This document shows positions 22,221-33,964 of a DNA stretch of 64,000 nucleotides, piece by piece. A program made the position numbers and the translations under genes. The notes under the pieces were generated by a model that searched no databases, was not told the origin of the DNA, and was given only the letters and a program-made list of their open reading frames with translations. Positions within the stretch are counted from its first letter, which is position 1; every line of letters starts with the position of its first letter. Source of the stretch: Picochlorum sp. SENEW3 (taxonomy: Eukaryota); contig CP120457.1 of assembly GCA_034226945.1 (NCBI GenBank), positions 620,001 to 684,000 on the forward strand. Direction: 5' to 3'.

Positions 22221-25200
22221 AAAAGCAAAATGTCCATCCTCGTACCCTACAGCAATGGTGGTTTGTGGAGACTGTCCACTGGTTGCATTGACTGATATGG
22301 ATGTCAGCGGAGCGTCCAAAGCACTTGTCTTGGGACATGGGACATCAGAGAGACCCAGATTGACACTACACACATGCAGTTGCCCGCCCTCATCACCAAG
22401 ATACACAGTGTCCTTCCAGCTCCTGCAGCATAGAAGAGGCGATGCAAAGTCGCGAGACATGACAACTTGATCAGACCGCCGAGAGTCTAGCATTCTAAGA
22501 ACTCCATCTGCACATGCAACGCCAAACAATGTACCATCTTGACAGGAACACACTCCGCCGATAAAGTCGCTACAAAGTTGGGACTCCATGGTCAGTTGAT
22601 TTGATCGACAATCGAATGCAAATACAGTTCCGTCCTCAGTACCAGCGACTATAGAGTCATTGAATAGGACTTCCATACTCCAAATAGCTCCAGCAGGACT
22701 TGCTATGGTGTTCAGGGGAATGGTACCGTCATCACGTTGTCCCCATGGTGCAGTCTCCAGATCCCACACCTTGATTGTCTCATCCCAGGAAGCGCTATAT
22801 ACTAGTGATGATTCATCCGAGGTACAAAGGCATGATACAATGTCACGGTGTGCTCCAAAAGAGGATGTTGAACCAGTGTTTGTGTCATATTTGTAGATTG
22901 CCCCATCGAAACCACTAGCCAGAATGTTTTGTGATGACCATGCAGTACATGTTATTGAACCATGCGAAAAGGCACATCTCCTCCGATGCTCCTTCGTTAG
23001 TAAGTCAAAAACGATTATATGGCCGTCTTGAAAGGAAAGGGATACATCGCTAGGATTCAACGGATTGATTTCAACAGATGTCAAGCCTCCAGAAAACACA
23101 CTGGTCTCCCAGGATGCACCCTCCTCGCTGACCAAATGTGGGCCATCATCATCTTGCCGTGGCGAAGATGCATCATTCTTTCTCGATCCATTCTTCCTTG
23201 GAGAAAGTGCTTGCAAGCTCGATGAGACCTTTGCTGCGAGGGCTTCGTTCCCATACTTTAATAGGTTTGATCCAGCCCGCTTTGAGCTGCTAACAACTGT
23301 TTGCAAACGTTGCTGAAATGAACTCTGAGAATCGGTCGTTGAGCCACTTGCCGAACGTTCCTTTTTCGAATCCATAGTCTCTAAAAGGGTACTATACTCT
23401 TCTTTCGTAACTTCCAAAGCACGCAACAATGCTATATCTGAATCATTGCTTGTGGCATCATCCCCATCTGGAGGGCTATCCAGAAGAGATTGAACAACGT
23501 GCAAAACTTTAGCTATTATTTCAGATCCATCCATGGCATTACGAGATGTTTGGTGTGCCTCAAACGAACTCCGACAGACACGCCTCTGAGGATGATTCCT
23601 ATAAAAAATCTGACGAGGACACTGACCAAATTCTGCAACTGCAACTTCCATGCTTTTCTTTTCAACAGGATCCTCAATATCATCGATATTCACGAGACCT
23701 GTAATTGATTGAAACAGAATGATTTTTATATATAGTGATGCGTATAATCATAGCAGAAACACACGAAAGGATACGCAACATCATTACAAGATGAACCAAA
23801 CAAACATGATACACATACCTTCATATGTCAACTGTCGAAAGACATTATTATTCCTCAACGCATCTTCTCCACGCTGACACACACCAAACACAAGATCAAT
23901 CCAATGATGCAAATTTGCAGACACATATGGAGACTCGAGTGCCTCCCACTGCTTCTCCAAAAAATACCGTGCATCATTGTGAGCCCACGGAGGCAACTCA
24001 ACATCCCCAACAGGCTTTCCATTCTGTCTACAACCGAGAGCAAGACCTCTTGAATTCTTTAAAAAGTCTTCTGCACCGGGACAGAAAAATTCTGGAATCA
24101 GCTCCTTCACATCTGTTGGACTGTGACACACACTCTCCCATGCTTCCCGTATCCCAGTGAATGAGCGATCTGGAGCATCAAATTTACCATTCTGAAGACG
24201 CAACATATGCTCAGGCATTGATCTCACCAACCAAAACAGCGTATATCCTGGGCATGAGTAGTGCGTTCCGTACAAGAAGGGTTCCTCGCCACCATGCATC
24301 TGCATCTCTACCATATCAGCATACCTCTGTTGAAACACCTTTAGCCGCTCTTCATTTATAGCGCCTATCGGCTTTGATAAATCTCTAAATATATCTTGGC
24401 AGTTAAGGTCAATTTCATCGCTCTTGTAATCCTTGATAATCCACGGAAACACAGGATACTGAGTCAAATCATGAAACGATCTCCCTGCCGCAAGATTACA
24501 ATACATCAGGTACTCGAAATTAGACAGCAATCCCCTCTGCCATGCCATCGTCGCTACCTGACAGTACCTTCCTTCAGCCTCCAACAACCCACCCGCAATA
24601 CTCCCATCCTCTCCAACATGATCCAACACAGCCCCGAGTGCCTCTTCTCTCTCCTCCTTTGACCGAAACACAAAAAACGCATTCGAACACCCCCAGTGCT
24701 TGACCGTCGTCCGCCTCTTTGCAGGCATCTTGAGGAACAATTCAATCCCCACGTCTCTCAACGAACTCCTCCGCCGTGCAGCTGCATACACAGCAGACAA
24801 CCGATGAGATCTCACATGCTCTCCCCCAGAAATATTATGCAGCGGCTGAAAGTAAAACCGAACATCCGTCACCACAAACTTCCCACGCTCTTTCGTCAAA
24901 CGAGACACCAACATGGCAGGCTTTTCAAACACAATCCGCTCGCACGTTGGATCTTCCAGACTCCCAAGATCAAAACGCTGCTCTGCTTCCAACTGACTCA
25001 GAAACACATCATGCATCTCCTTCATCTCATTCCGACCCAACCGACTACTCATCAACATCTGCTGAGCATACGGTATTATATCAGCCACTTTGGCATAGCT
25101 CAAACGAAAGCGCCACGTCACCTGACGCCCTCTACAAAAAGTATATGGCGCATCCCTCCCCTGTGGTTTCATGGTTGTATACCTATGCGCCACCACACGA

Positions 25201-25454
25201 ATCCCATTCTCTGACGCATTCCCCTCCAACTCATCCATAGATACATATGGAATCCGCGTCACTGGTATCCGAACATCATCTGGCTCAAAAAACACAGATT
25301 TGGTACACACCCTCAACTGCCCAGCCACAGACCCACCACGCAACTGCCCAGACGTGCCATCCTCCTCACACATGCATACGCATTCTGTAATATAAAACTC
25401 ATCATCCTCTAATAATAGTAAAGAAAACCGGCATCCCCCACCCGAGGGAACCAT
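22206..25454 (-). CDS. BEACH-WD40 protein, FAN/NSMAF-like
   Basis: Exons 25454-23819 and 23698-22206; RFSLLLL N-terminus, SNFEYL, QYPVFPW, YGTHYS, DVKELIPEFF, FGQCP, WD40 tail. Confidence 0.9.
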
Positions 25455-25455
25455 C

Positions 25456-25707
25456 CTAAGAGCAATCGGGAAGATTGACCTGAAATTCCTTGCCTATTCT
25501 CGGTGCTCTCTTCACACTAATCCCGTGAATAATACTCGGTCTCCTATCCGTTTTTATATCATTATCTTCAAAGAAATCAGTCCTCTGTTTCTTTGAAGGA
25601 TGCGTGTCTTTTTGTTTTGTTTCTTCTTCTTCTCCTTCTTTCTCTTGTGTGGCCTTGTCTTTCGACACAAACACAGTTGTTGATGCTTCTTCTTCTTGTT
25701 TTGTCAT
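25456..25707 (-). CDS. Small protein with ELM2-like motif
   Basis: 83 aa, charged N-terminus, C-terminal PRIGKEFQVNLP resembling the start of an ELM2 domain. Confidence 0.6.
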   Translation of the reverse strand: MTKQEEEASTTVFVSKDKATQEKEGEEEETKQKDTHPSKKQRTDFFEDNDIKTDRRPSIIHGISVKRAPRIGKEFQVNLPDCS

Positions 25708-25917
25708 GTATACTTGTTTTCCATGGACTACAATATTATTTTCTGAATATTACTATATGAAAAGGAATAACGCCTTTGTTGCATGTCTCAGAATGGCCCA
25801 TGCACATGTGATGGCCAATCTGTGACTGGCCTGCATGCAGGTACCTAGGTAACCCACACTACTACGTATATATAATTGACTGTGAAACAGAAATGCCGAG
25901 ATATCCAATGAAAAAAA

Positions 25918-26964
25918 CTATGCATGATATCCATGCTTGAGCTTGAGTGCCGTCGTATACGTCACCTTGTCTGGATATGTCTCATGACTCGGACGCAACC
26001 CTGATGCTTTCAGCATCTCCTTCCTCACATTGGCAGCATACAGCACAGGATCCTGCTTCTCCTTCTCCGTCGGATAATACACTGGAAGCGTATAACACGT
26101 GACACTATGAAACACGTTGCACAGCATGAGAATAATATGCCGATGGGCAACAACACTCTCCCAACAGGGGGATACCCCTCTCGTCTCATACTGCACAATC
26201 ACTGGCTGCAGAGGCTCTCCCGCCAGAAACGCCCCTGTTCTAAATGGAAGCAAAAAGTGACCATTCGTTGTCGTTCCCTCTGGGAACAAAAGTAACGGAC
26301 GCTCGTGCTCACCACGGCCGTGTGCCATTCCTTGCATTCGCTGCTTGACCAAGGCAGCCACACCATTCCCCTGGTTCTGCCCCTTTTTCATCGCATCATC
26401 AGCTGCCGTCTTTGACCGCTCCACATACAAACACCCCATCGATTTGCTAATACTCCCGACAATCTTCATATGCTCTGTTTTACTCCTCGCCACAAAAGAT
26501 GGAAAAAAGTGACTCATATGCACCAGAATATCACACCAACTGCAATGGTTGCTCACAATACCAGCCACCTGTGGCATCATCCCTGTACCCTTTGTTTCAC
26601 GGGAGGTCGAATCCCCCAGATGAACCCATCGCACTCGAATAAACCCAATGAATAAAAGACATATGCGGCAGTGTATCTTGCCCAAGGCAGCCACCCAATC
26701 CGACCGAACAGACTTGGGAAAGGCCCAGGCAACTTTGGTCACCAGAAAAAAACTCAACAGACAGGCCACTGACCCAAAAATCTTAATCGGGGCTATAAAA
26801 ATAAGACATAGAAACATCTTAACCATCTCATACCAAGGCTGTGGGGCTAAACCGCATTCACCGTATCGGTCCGTCCGTTCCCATGGATTCGACACGAGAA
26901 CCGCGGCCCCATTCGATACCATCGCCTCTTGTTTCTTCCTCTTCTTCTTCTCTTCTATATTCAT
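25918..26964 (-). CDS. Lysophospholipid acyltransferase (LPEAT/LPCAT-like)
   Basis: SNHCSWCD, FPEGTTTNG, FRTGAF. Confidence 0.9.
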   Translation of the reverse strand: MNIEEKKKRKKQEAMVSNGAAVLVSNPWERTDRYGECGLAPQPWYEMVKMFLCLIFIAPIKIFGSVACLLSFFLVTKVAWAFPKSVRSDWVAALGKIHCRICLLFIGFIRVRWVHLGDSTSRETKGTGMMPQVAGIVSNHCSWCDILVHMSHFFPSFVARSKTEHMKIVGSISKSMGCLYVERSKTAADDAMKKGQNQGNGVAALVKQRMQGMAHGRGEHERPLLLFPEGTTTNGHFLLPFRTGAFLAGEPLQPVIVQYETRGVSPCWESVVAHRHIILMLCNVFHSVTCYTLPVYYPTEKEKQDPVLYAANVRKEMLKASGLRPSHETYPDKVTYTTALKLKHGYHA

Positions 26965-27159
26965 AATTCAGTTTACTATATTCTTTTGTAGTGTATTGAT
27001 CAATACATGGATTCGTTCATGAACTAGTACTAGTTGCAACAACTACCTCGAAGACGAATTCCATGACAAAGAAGAAAGACTCGCGAATCCGATCGGTCGA
27101 GTATGACGATAACGAATACTATTGCAACATAATTAAGAATAATAATAATAAAAATATTC

Positions 27160-28277
27160 TCAGTCGTCGCCTTCATGCATACCTTCGATGGCGCTCAGAA
27201 TGTACTCATGGACATCATCCAATGCCGAGTCCATGGCAAACATGTCCATGTCAAAGCACGGGACTCTGTGTGTTTTGGGATGGTCTCTATACGATAGCAT
27301 ATACTCCTTATGGATTCGTAATCTATCTATAATCTTCTCTTCTTCCTTTCTTTCCTCAGATGATGACGAATGAGTATGCTGTTGTTGTATGGTGGAGGAG
27401 ATCCATGCATGGGCATCCAGGGCATACTGCTCATCATCCTGGTACAAAATGATTGGCAGTACCAAGCATGCGTGCCTTTTTGTTGCGCGAATAGCCATAT
27501 CATCATCATCATCACTATATGATTTTTCTGGTGTAGTATAGGTGGCAAAGTATTCTGGGTCCACGTGAAACCCTTCGATAATGACTGATTTCCCATCATG
27601 AAATGCCTTGTCAATGTCTCCCTGAATAGCACAATGGACAATCTGGCACGCCTCCTTAAAAGCTTGGATGATTCCCTTCTTTTCCACCAAGGATGTATCG
27701 AGTATCGATCGATGTGGATCCATGGCCACATCTGGATGGTATCGAAGCATATCTTCAAGCGCATCCGTCCGCAGGACGTTTGGCAGATTGAGTCGATGGC
27801 TCAGCTGCTGGGCAAATGCCGTCTTTGTACGAGACTGTAGTCCACATAGAACAATAACGAGGGGAATGCGAGACTGATGGAATTGACTGACCAGCTTGAA
27901 TCGATGAATCTCTGCTGATCCAAACCCTTCTGTTTCCAAGAATCTGAATAAATGGTGTTCCAAATCGCTCTGTTGAATATCAAACAGTTCAGAGTCTACC
28001 AGCCACTTTTTCAATTCCAACGCCACCTTGACCGCCTGTAATTTACAAATATATGCGTATCATTTAGTATATAATAATAGGAAAATGGGAGCCATCTCGA
28101 CGTGCTGCATACCTTGTCCTGGGGGACTTTGATAAAGGTCAACATTCTGCTGACGAGATATCTCGATAGGATGTAATAGTGCTGGCCCAGCCATACTTTT
28201 ATCTTGATATAATCATATTTTGATGATGTTTGCTTGGGCAGGATACCACTGTTGTGGTCTTTGAACGAGGTTTTCAT
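27160..28277 (-). CDS. 2-phosphoglycerate kinase/LPA1-related P-loop protein
   Basis: Exons 28277-28113 and 28035-27160; SKYDYIKIKVWL, LNLPNVLRTD, GKSVIIEGFH. Confidence 0.8.
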
Positions 28278-28487
28278 CAAGATGTTCCTACTCACCGTGT
28301 CGTTGCGAGGAGCATCTCATTCGGCGCAATTCGAATAGTAGTACAAGTCATTGAAATTTTCTTCTATATATCAATAATAAATTTTTTTTCATATGCGTTG
28401 AATGCCACGAGCCTTTATGTATCCATTGATGATTGGCATCATGCAAATTTACACATGTATCATCATCATCATCCCATTTGAATAAAA

Positions 28488-29264
28488 TTATTTAGCTACA
28501 AAAGGCGCATGTGCCTTTTCTATATATATATATATATATATATGTCTGTTAAGAAGAAGCAGAAGATGGTCCCAAGACAACATCATGGATGTGGTCTTGG
28601 AGGATTCCTGCATTGAAGATTGGTTAGTTAGATGTGTCAACAGATGCTGTGGGTGTTCACAATAGAAGAGGAATGCATGGCTCGTACGTGTTAGACGTTC
28701 ATCTGCAGCCTGACGATGTTTCATTTCATCCAAACATAGTTCTATGCATTGCCTGAGGGATGCTATTTCCATTCTAATACTCTTCTGCATCATTCACATG
28801 TATTACACCGTGGTTGTTGATTGATTGATTGGTTGAGACTCCACTCATCACACACATACCTCTGAGCTTGCTCTGTCCAGGAGCTTTTCTGCTTTCCCGA
28901 TTCTCTTTCGGCACTGATGGAAAAGATGCTGCATGGCATGGTGTCTTCCTTCTGTTGTTGTTGTTGTCTGGTGGTGGGTCGCTCTTTTTGCTGGATCTTG
29001 TGTACGACGATGCATGTGGTCATCATCATAGGTATCCATGGCATCACATGTAGACTGGAAAACTGGGTTTGTTCGGACATACAGTCCCTCTGAGGCCATA
29101 TATGGCTCTGTACATACTTTTGTATGGCTACTTTCATATTCTGGAGCTTCATATGCTGTACTTGATGGATAGAGAAGGGACTGAAGGTGTTTCAACTGTT
29201 GCTTGTCCTGGTGAATGCGGTTCTGAAGCATGTGTATTGTGTCTTCCATGGTATGCTGTGTCAT
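28488..29264 (-). CDS. Hypothetical two-exon protein
   Basis: Exons 29264-28860 and 28784-28488 join in phase via GTATGT..TGCAG; no recognisable domain, 3' end uncertain. Confidence 0.45.
28521..28542. repeat. (TA)11 microsatellite
   Basis: Direct reading. Confidence 0.9.
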
Positions 29265-30193
29265 TTTTTCGCCTCTGTCGCTCCTATCTATCTATCTCTT
29301 TGGATTGTATCATATATAGTATTCTACTTTAGATGTGTGTGTTGTGAGAACAACAACTCACAGTGTGTACACAGATGGATGATGAGGTCAACATGAGGCA
29401 CACATGGATATATATATTTATACACCTGTGTGAATGCATGCTTGTGTGGATCCAGAGGGCTCTTGTACGTCATCGTTAATATTACTAGTACGGTTAAAAT
29501 ATAAATACAATGCATTGAAATAATGATCAATCATGTTTCCTTCTTCTTTCATTGCTGCTGATGTCCACCAAGACTCAAAATGTAGTAGTAGTGCTGGTGA
29601 TGCATTCTGACTCACTGCGAGCTCAGTTTTTAGCTCTCCGAGCTCATAGTCGCTTGAGGCATGTTGTATCGCTTTTAAATCAGGATGCGCATATTCTTAT
29701 TCGCTCGCTTGGACACTGCCATCAGGTATTGGCTGGTGAATAAACTTTGGGAGGAGCACTGGCTCTTCCTCCAACAGTTTTCTTGCATTCTTGACAATCT
29801 TTCTGATTCTTTCGATCGCCAGTCTATGATGAGATCGACACGCTGTTTCTGTCAAAAATTTCGTTCCATCGCACTTGTTTTTTTATATTGATCCCCTTCT
29901 TCCGCAACTCTCCTCCACAGTTGCAGAGACCCAACCTCGACTTCAACCGTTTTCTCTTGGCTATCGTCATAGGAGCTACAAAAGCGACGATTGATCTCAA
30001 AAATTGAATTATAACCTATCAACGGTAATAAAGTTTATATTTTTGGTCGAGATTGGGACGTCTACTGCATTATTTCTCGAATCTCGACGATGGTTGTTAT
30101 AACACTAATTAGTTGAGCGCCACGTCATCATTCAAGTGTCTATTTCGTTCGTTGGAACTGTCTATTTGTCTCTCCTTGTTACATACCAATGTA

Positions 30194-33100
30194 TTACTTT
30201 TTATCGAATGATTTCAAGAGATGTTTGATGACTGACTTTCCTCTGAAAAGATTGAGTCTTCGTATGCGTTCGTTTGATAAGTGGCAGTTGTCTGAACTCT
30301 GGCCCATTGGGAGGAGCAAGGCAGGAGCGTGGAGAAGTTTCTCCAAGGCCGATGCCACAGGCATGGTGCCTCCTTCTCTAACAAGGAGTGGTGTCTCTTT
30401 CCACACGTCTTGAATAGCGCTCTCTGCGAGTTTAACAAGCTTGCAGTTTGGATCTGCTTCCCACCAGTCTCCGACTGAGTGGACAGTGATTTTGATCGAA
30501 TTGCCGGATCGAAGCTTTGCGAATTCATGCTTGAGATGATCTGTAAGTCTTTTGATGATGGATTCAGAATCCTGGTTTGGTACAAATCGGACCGACACTT
30601 TGCCCACAGCGGCTCTGGGGATGACTGAGAATCGTGTCGGGCCAAATCGATAGTGTGCTGTGTCTTCGTCTTCTGCTGTTCCTACTCTCACGTCGACAAC
30701 ACTGAGGGTCGGCTGGCACCAACGCGCCCATAGCAATTCTTCTTCTGTTCGACCTACGGTAAGTTCCTTGACACCGAGGTATGCACGGTATCCTTCGAGG
30801 GAGAATTCGTTCGAGTCCTCCAGTCGCTGCATGGCAATGTCAAGACAGCTCTCTTTGACATCTTCATAAAATCCTGGAACACAAACATTGCTTCTCGAGT
30901 CAACAAGCGATGCTAGTAGTTTTGTAAGATCTGCTAAAGGCTCTGAAAATACGCCTCCTTCGTTTCCAGAATGCAAGTCTTTTGCAGGACCCCGAATCTC
31001 CACGCTCATGTTCATCATGCCCCTCATGCCATAGGTGATGCATGGATGTGCTTCGCCAACCCACAAGGTGTTTGAGATGAAAATCGCTTCAGTTCCCTCA
31101 AACCAACGAATGTTATCTTGCACGGCTTCTTTGAATCCTATACTTCCGTTTTCTTCCTCACCTTCAAACAAAAATGCAACATTCACTGGCATTTTCCCCA
31201 TGCCATCTTCACTGTATCGAAGTTCTTCCAACATTTCTCGCACAGCAAATATAAAAGCTAAAATCGGTCCCTTGTTGTCGCTCACACCTCGACCAATGTA
31301 GTACCCATCCTTGGCATGAAGCTCGAATGGATAATGGCTCCAATCTGGTTCCATGGCAGGCTGGACATCATAATGCCCATAAAAGGTGATGGTTTTCAAT
31401 GCAGGATCATTGCCTATACGTCCCATAACCAGAGGATTTTTTCCCTCCATAGTTGGTGCTAATTTCACCTCTGCTCCAATGCTTTCCAAAAGACGAAGAA
31501 GAAATTTCGCTCCCTGAAAGCAGTCCTGCTTTCTTCCTGGATCAGCACTCACAGTCTGAATTTTGATAAAGGAACGAAGAGATTTCTCAAACTCTCTCTC
31601 AATCCTTGCTGATATAGCAGCACTGGTTGTGTCAAGTTTGCTTGGGACTCTTCTGATAATATCAGGTGTCTTTGACCTAATGATTCCATTTTCTTCAATC
31701 TCTAATTCATCATCACCATCACACACACATGCATCATGCAGTGAAATCTCCCCATCGTCAGAGCACACAATTACATATGGCGGGGATATCACACATGCCA
31801 TACACGGTGGAGCATGATAATAAAGTGAATTAAAGCCTATAATCCTTGGTATAGCCTCAAACACCTTGAGGCATGACAAGGTCTGTAAATCCCAGAGACG
31901 CACAGTCCCATCAGCAGATGAACTTGCAAACATGCCCAATCCTTCGTGTGCCGATATGCTGAGCACCGATGATTCATGACCACGAAGAATATCACAACAA
32001 ACCCACGTTTCTAAATCCCAAACTCTCACCACACTGTCCCTCCCTCCTGACACCAGAAAACCTTTGATTCGAGTTAATGCAAGAACTGAGCCACGGTGAC
32101 CACGCAACACCTTTTGAAATGATAAATCCTCCGCACTCCATACTCGTATCGTTGAATCATGACTTCCACTACAAACGACATCATCACAAACAGACAAACA
32201 TGTAACAGAAGAACAATGCCCCTTGGTTGCAAACGTTGTACATATGGGGTCAACCTTGTTCTTCTCCAATGACAGAGAAAACTTGTCTAGGTCCTTATCT
32301 CGTCCAAACAATGGATGCCTCAACTTTTTCTTCTCTATTCTGTTATCCCGTGACGTATTCAAAAGCGACTCTGGCGAATACTTTTTAATCCTGCAGTCCA
32401 CACTGCCCACAAATGCTGCTCCAGACGCATCACACGCCAATGCTGTAATGGATGCTTTCGAATTCGTTTTCACGACAGATATACACTCAAATGTTTTCAA
32501 ATCCCATAAACGAATCGTCTCAGCACCAGCACTCATCAAATATTCCCCAGCAAAATCGATTCTTCGAATAGGGTCTCTGTGCCCCTGAAGAGTCTTGATG
32601 CATGTATAATCTGACAGCGCCCACACACGGATCAACCCATCCGCACCGCCACTAAATAAATATTCCTCATTACTCTTGACTGTCGTCACCGGACCTCGAT
32701 GTCCACTCAACACATGGCAAGGATCTTGCATCGATCGAGGCGTCACAGCATCATCCAACCTCAAATCATTCTCCCCTCCACCCCTAGGAGTCGTCCCACC
32801 AGATCCCGACTTCAAACTCCCACTCCTCAGAATGCCTTTCTTACACTTTCCTGAATGTGCTGCGTCGAGTCCTCCATCCACGAGTTTCTCATCCACAGTC
32901 TCCAAACACCTATACACCTCTTCATTATCAGGATGCTCCCCTTCGTTCGCAAGCCACGCCTTGAACACAGTCAGAATCCCTTTACTATCCTTGGATATCA
33001 CTAAAGCTGTATTTGGCTCCACAGCATTCCAATCAGACGTACAATCAGTCACAGGCTCTGATGCCACGAGACACACCCGTGTCTCAGTCCCAGCATACGA

Positions 33101-33964
33101 CAACCCATAACTACCCTCACCAATCACCGCGCCACCACGCTTCCCAGTGGCACTTCCAGACGGCTGAGACGACGAATGAATCGTCTTGGATGCTTGAGAC
33201 GCCAAAGAAGTCGCGTGACAGGCCTGAGATCTGTCATACGAATACCCCTCTGCGTAATACAGCGACGCAGGAATGGTATCTGGATCATCAGCATACCTCG
33301 TCGCCACCGTCGTCACCCCATCCGTCACAACAAAGTTCAATAAACTCGTTCCTTCAATCCCATTCTCTTTTTGCACCCGAGTGATTGTCGACACAGTCGC
33401 CTGTATCGCCCTCAACAGCACTTCAGGCGTCTGCCTCTTCTTGGTATCAGGAAGATGATGCAGAAACAGTCCAAAGCACACCGCACTATCACTATGAAAA
33501 CTTTGAACAGCATTATATGCTTCATCATTCATAATGCTAATTAGCTGCCGACGAATATCCAGAAACCCCGCCACAACACCATTATGCATGAAGAGATAAT
33601 TCTCATGAGCAAAAGGATGACAATTCTGCTCACTCACCGGCATCCCCGGGTACGCCGCACGCACATGAGCAAAAATAAGACCACTCTCTAACTTCATCGC
33701 AAGCCTGTTCAGATTATCATTGTTCCACGCTGGCGTCACTGATGTAAATGTACAAGGAGTGGCATCGTTCATGGAACAGGGCGAGTACCACCCTATACCA
33801 AAACCATCTCCATTCAAATTTCCATATCCCAAATGACATGGTAGGCTACTATCATTCCTCCGCTCCCGTGCCTCGTAGCTTTGCTTGATAATTGACCGAG
33901 AGGGCCACAGCACGACATCCGCAACCAAAATTTCAGGCCCAATATAGGCCATCAACCGACACAT
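30194..33964 (-). CDS. Fusion: class II glutamine amidotransferase (Dug3-like) + WD40 + M20 peptidase (Dug2-like)
   Basis: Single 1256-aa ORF; MCRL, NGDGFGIGWY, FAHVRAA, NCHPF, FMHNG; ~7 WD repeats; YGHYDVQP, GRGVSDNKGP, EGEEENGS, REGGT, HLSNER. Confidence 0.92.
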   Translation of the reverse strand: MCRLMAYIGPEILVADVVLWPSRSIIKQSYEARERRNDSSLPCHLGYGNLNGDGFGIGWYSPCSMNDATPCTFTSVTPAWNNDNLNRLAMKLESGLIFAHVRAAYPGMPVSEQNCHPFAHENYLFMHNGVVAGFLDIRRQLISIMNDEAYNAVQSFHSDSAVCFGLFLHHLPDTKKRQTPEVLLRAIQATVSTITRVQKENGIEGTSLLNFVVTDGVTTVATRYADDPDTIPASLYYAEGYSYDRSQACHATSLASQASKTIHSSSQPSGSATGKRGGAVIGEGSYGLSYAGTETRVCLVASEPVTDCTSDWNAVEPNTALVISKDSKGILTVFKAWLANEGEHPDNEEVYRCLETVDEKLVDGGLDAAHSGKCKKGILRSGSLKSGSGGTTPRGGGENDLRLDDAVTPRSMQDPCHVLSGHRGPVTTVKSNEEYLFSGGADGLIRVWALSDYTCIKTLQGHRDPIRRIDFAGEYLMSAGAETIRLWDLKTFECISVVKTNSKASITALACDASGAAFVGSVDCRIKKYSPESLLNTSRDNRIEKKKLRHPLFGRDKDLDKFSLSLEKNKVDPICTTFATKGHCSSVTCLSVCDDVVCSGSHDSTIRVWSAEDLSFQKVLRGHRGSVLALTRIKGFLVSGGRDSVVRVWDLETWVCCDILRGHESSVLSISAHEGLGMFASSSADGTVRLWDLQTLSCLKVFEAIPRIIGFNSLYYHAPPCMACVISPPYVIVCSDDGEISLHDACVCDGDDELEIEENGIIRSKTPDIIRRVPSKLDTTSAAISARIEREFEKSLRSFIKIQTVSADPGRKQDCFQGAKFLLRLLESIGAEVKLAPTMEGKNPLVMGRIGNDPALKTITFYGHYDVQPAMEPDWSHYPFELHAKDGYYIGRGVSDNKGPILAFIFAVREMLEELRYSEDGMGKMPVNVAFLFEGEEENGSIGFKEAVQDNIRWFEGTEAIFISNTLWVGEAHPCITYGMRGMMNMSVEIRGPAKDLHSGNEGGVFSEPLADLTKLLASLVDSRSNVCVPGFYEDVKESCLDIAMQRLEDSNEFSLEGYRAYLGVKELTVGRTEEELLWARWCQPTLSVVDVRVGTAEDEDTAHYRFGPTRFSVIPRAAVGKVSVRFVPNQDSESIIKRLTDHLKHEFAKLRSGNSIKITVHSVGDWWEADPNCKLVKLAESAIQDVWKETPLLVREGGTMPVASALEKLLHAPALLLPMGQSSDNCHLSNERIRRLNLFRGKSVIKHLLKSFDKK

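Noticed and set aside
29695..29975. Protein-like minus-strand reading that would be continuous if the 7-A run at ~29878-29884 had 8 A
   Set aside because: No start codon or domain found; it could be a homopolymer error or noise
18534..33964. Glutathione synthesis and degradation genes as a metabolic cluster
   Set aside because: About 10 kb and six unrelated genes apart; chance proximity cannot be excluded without synteny data
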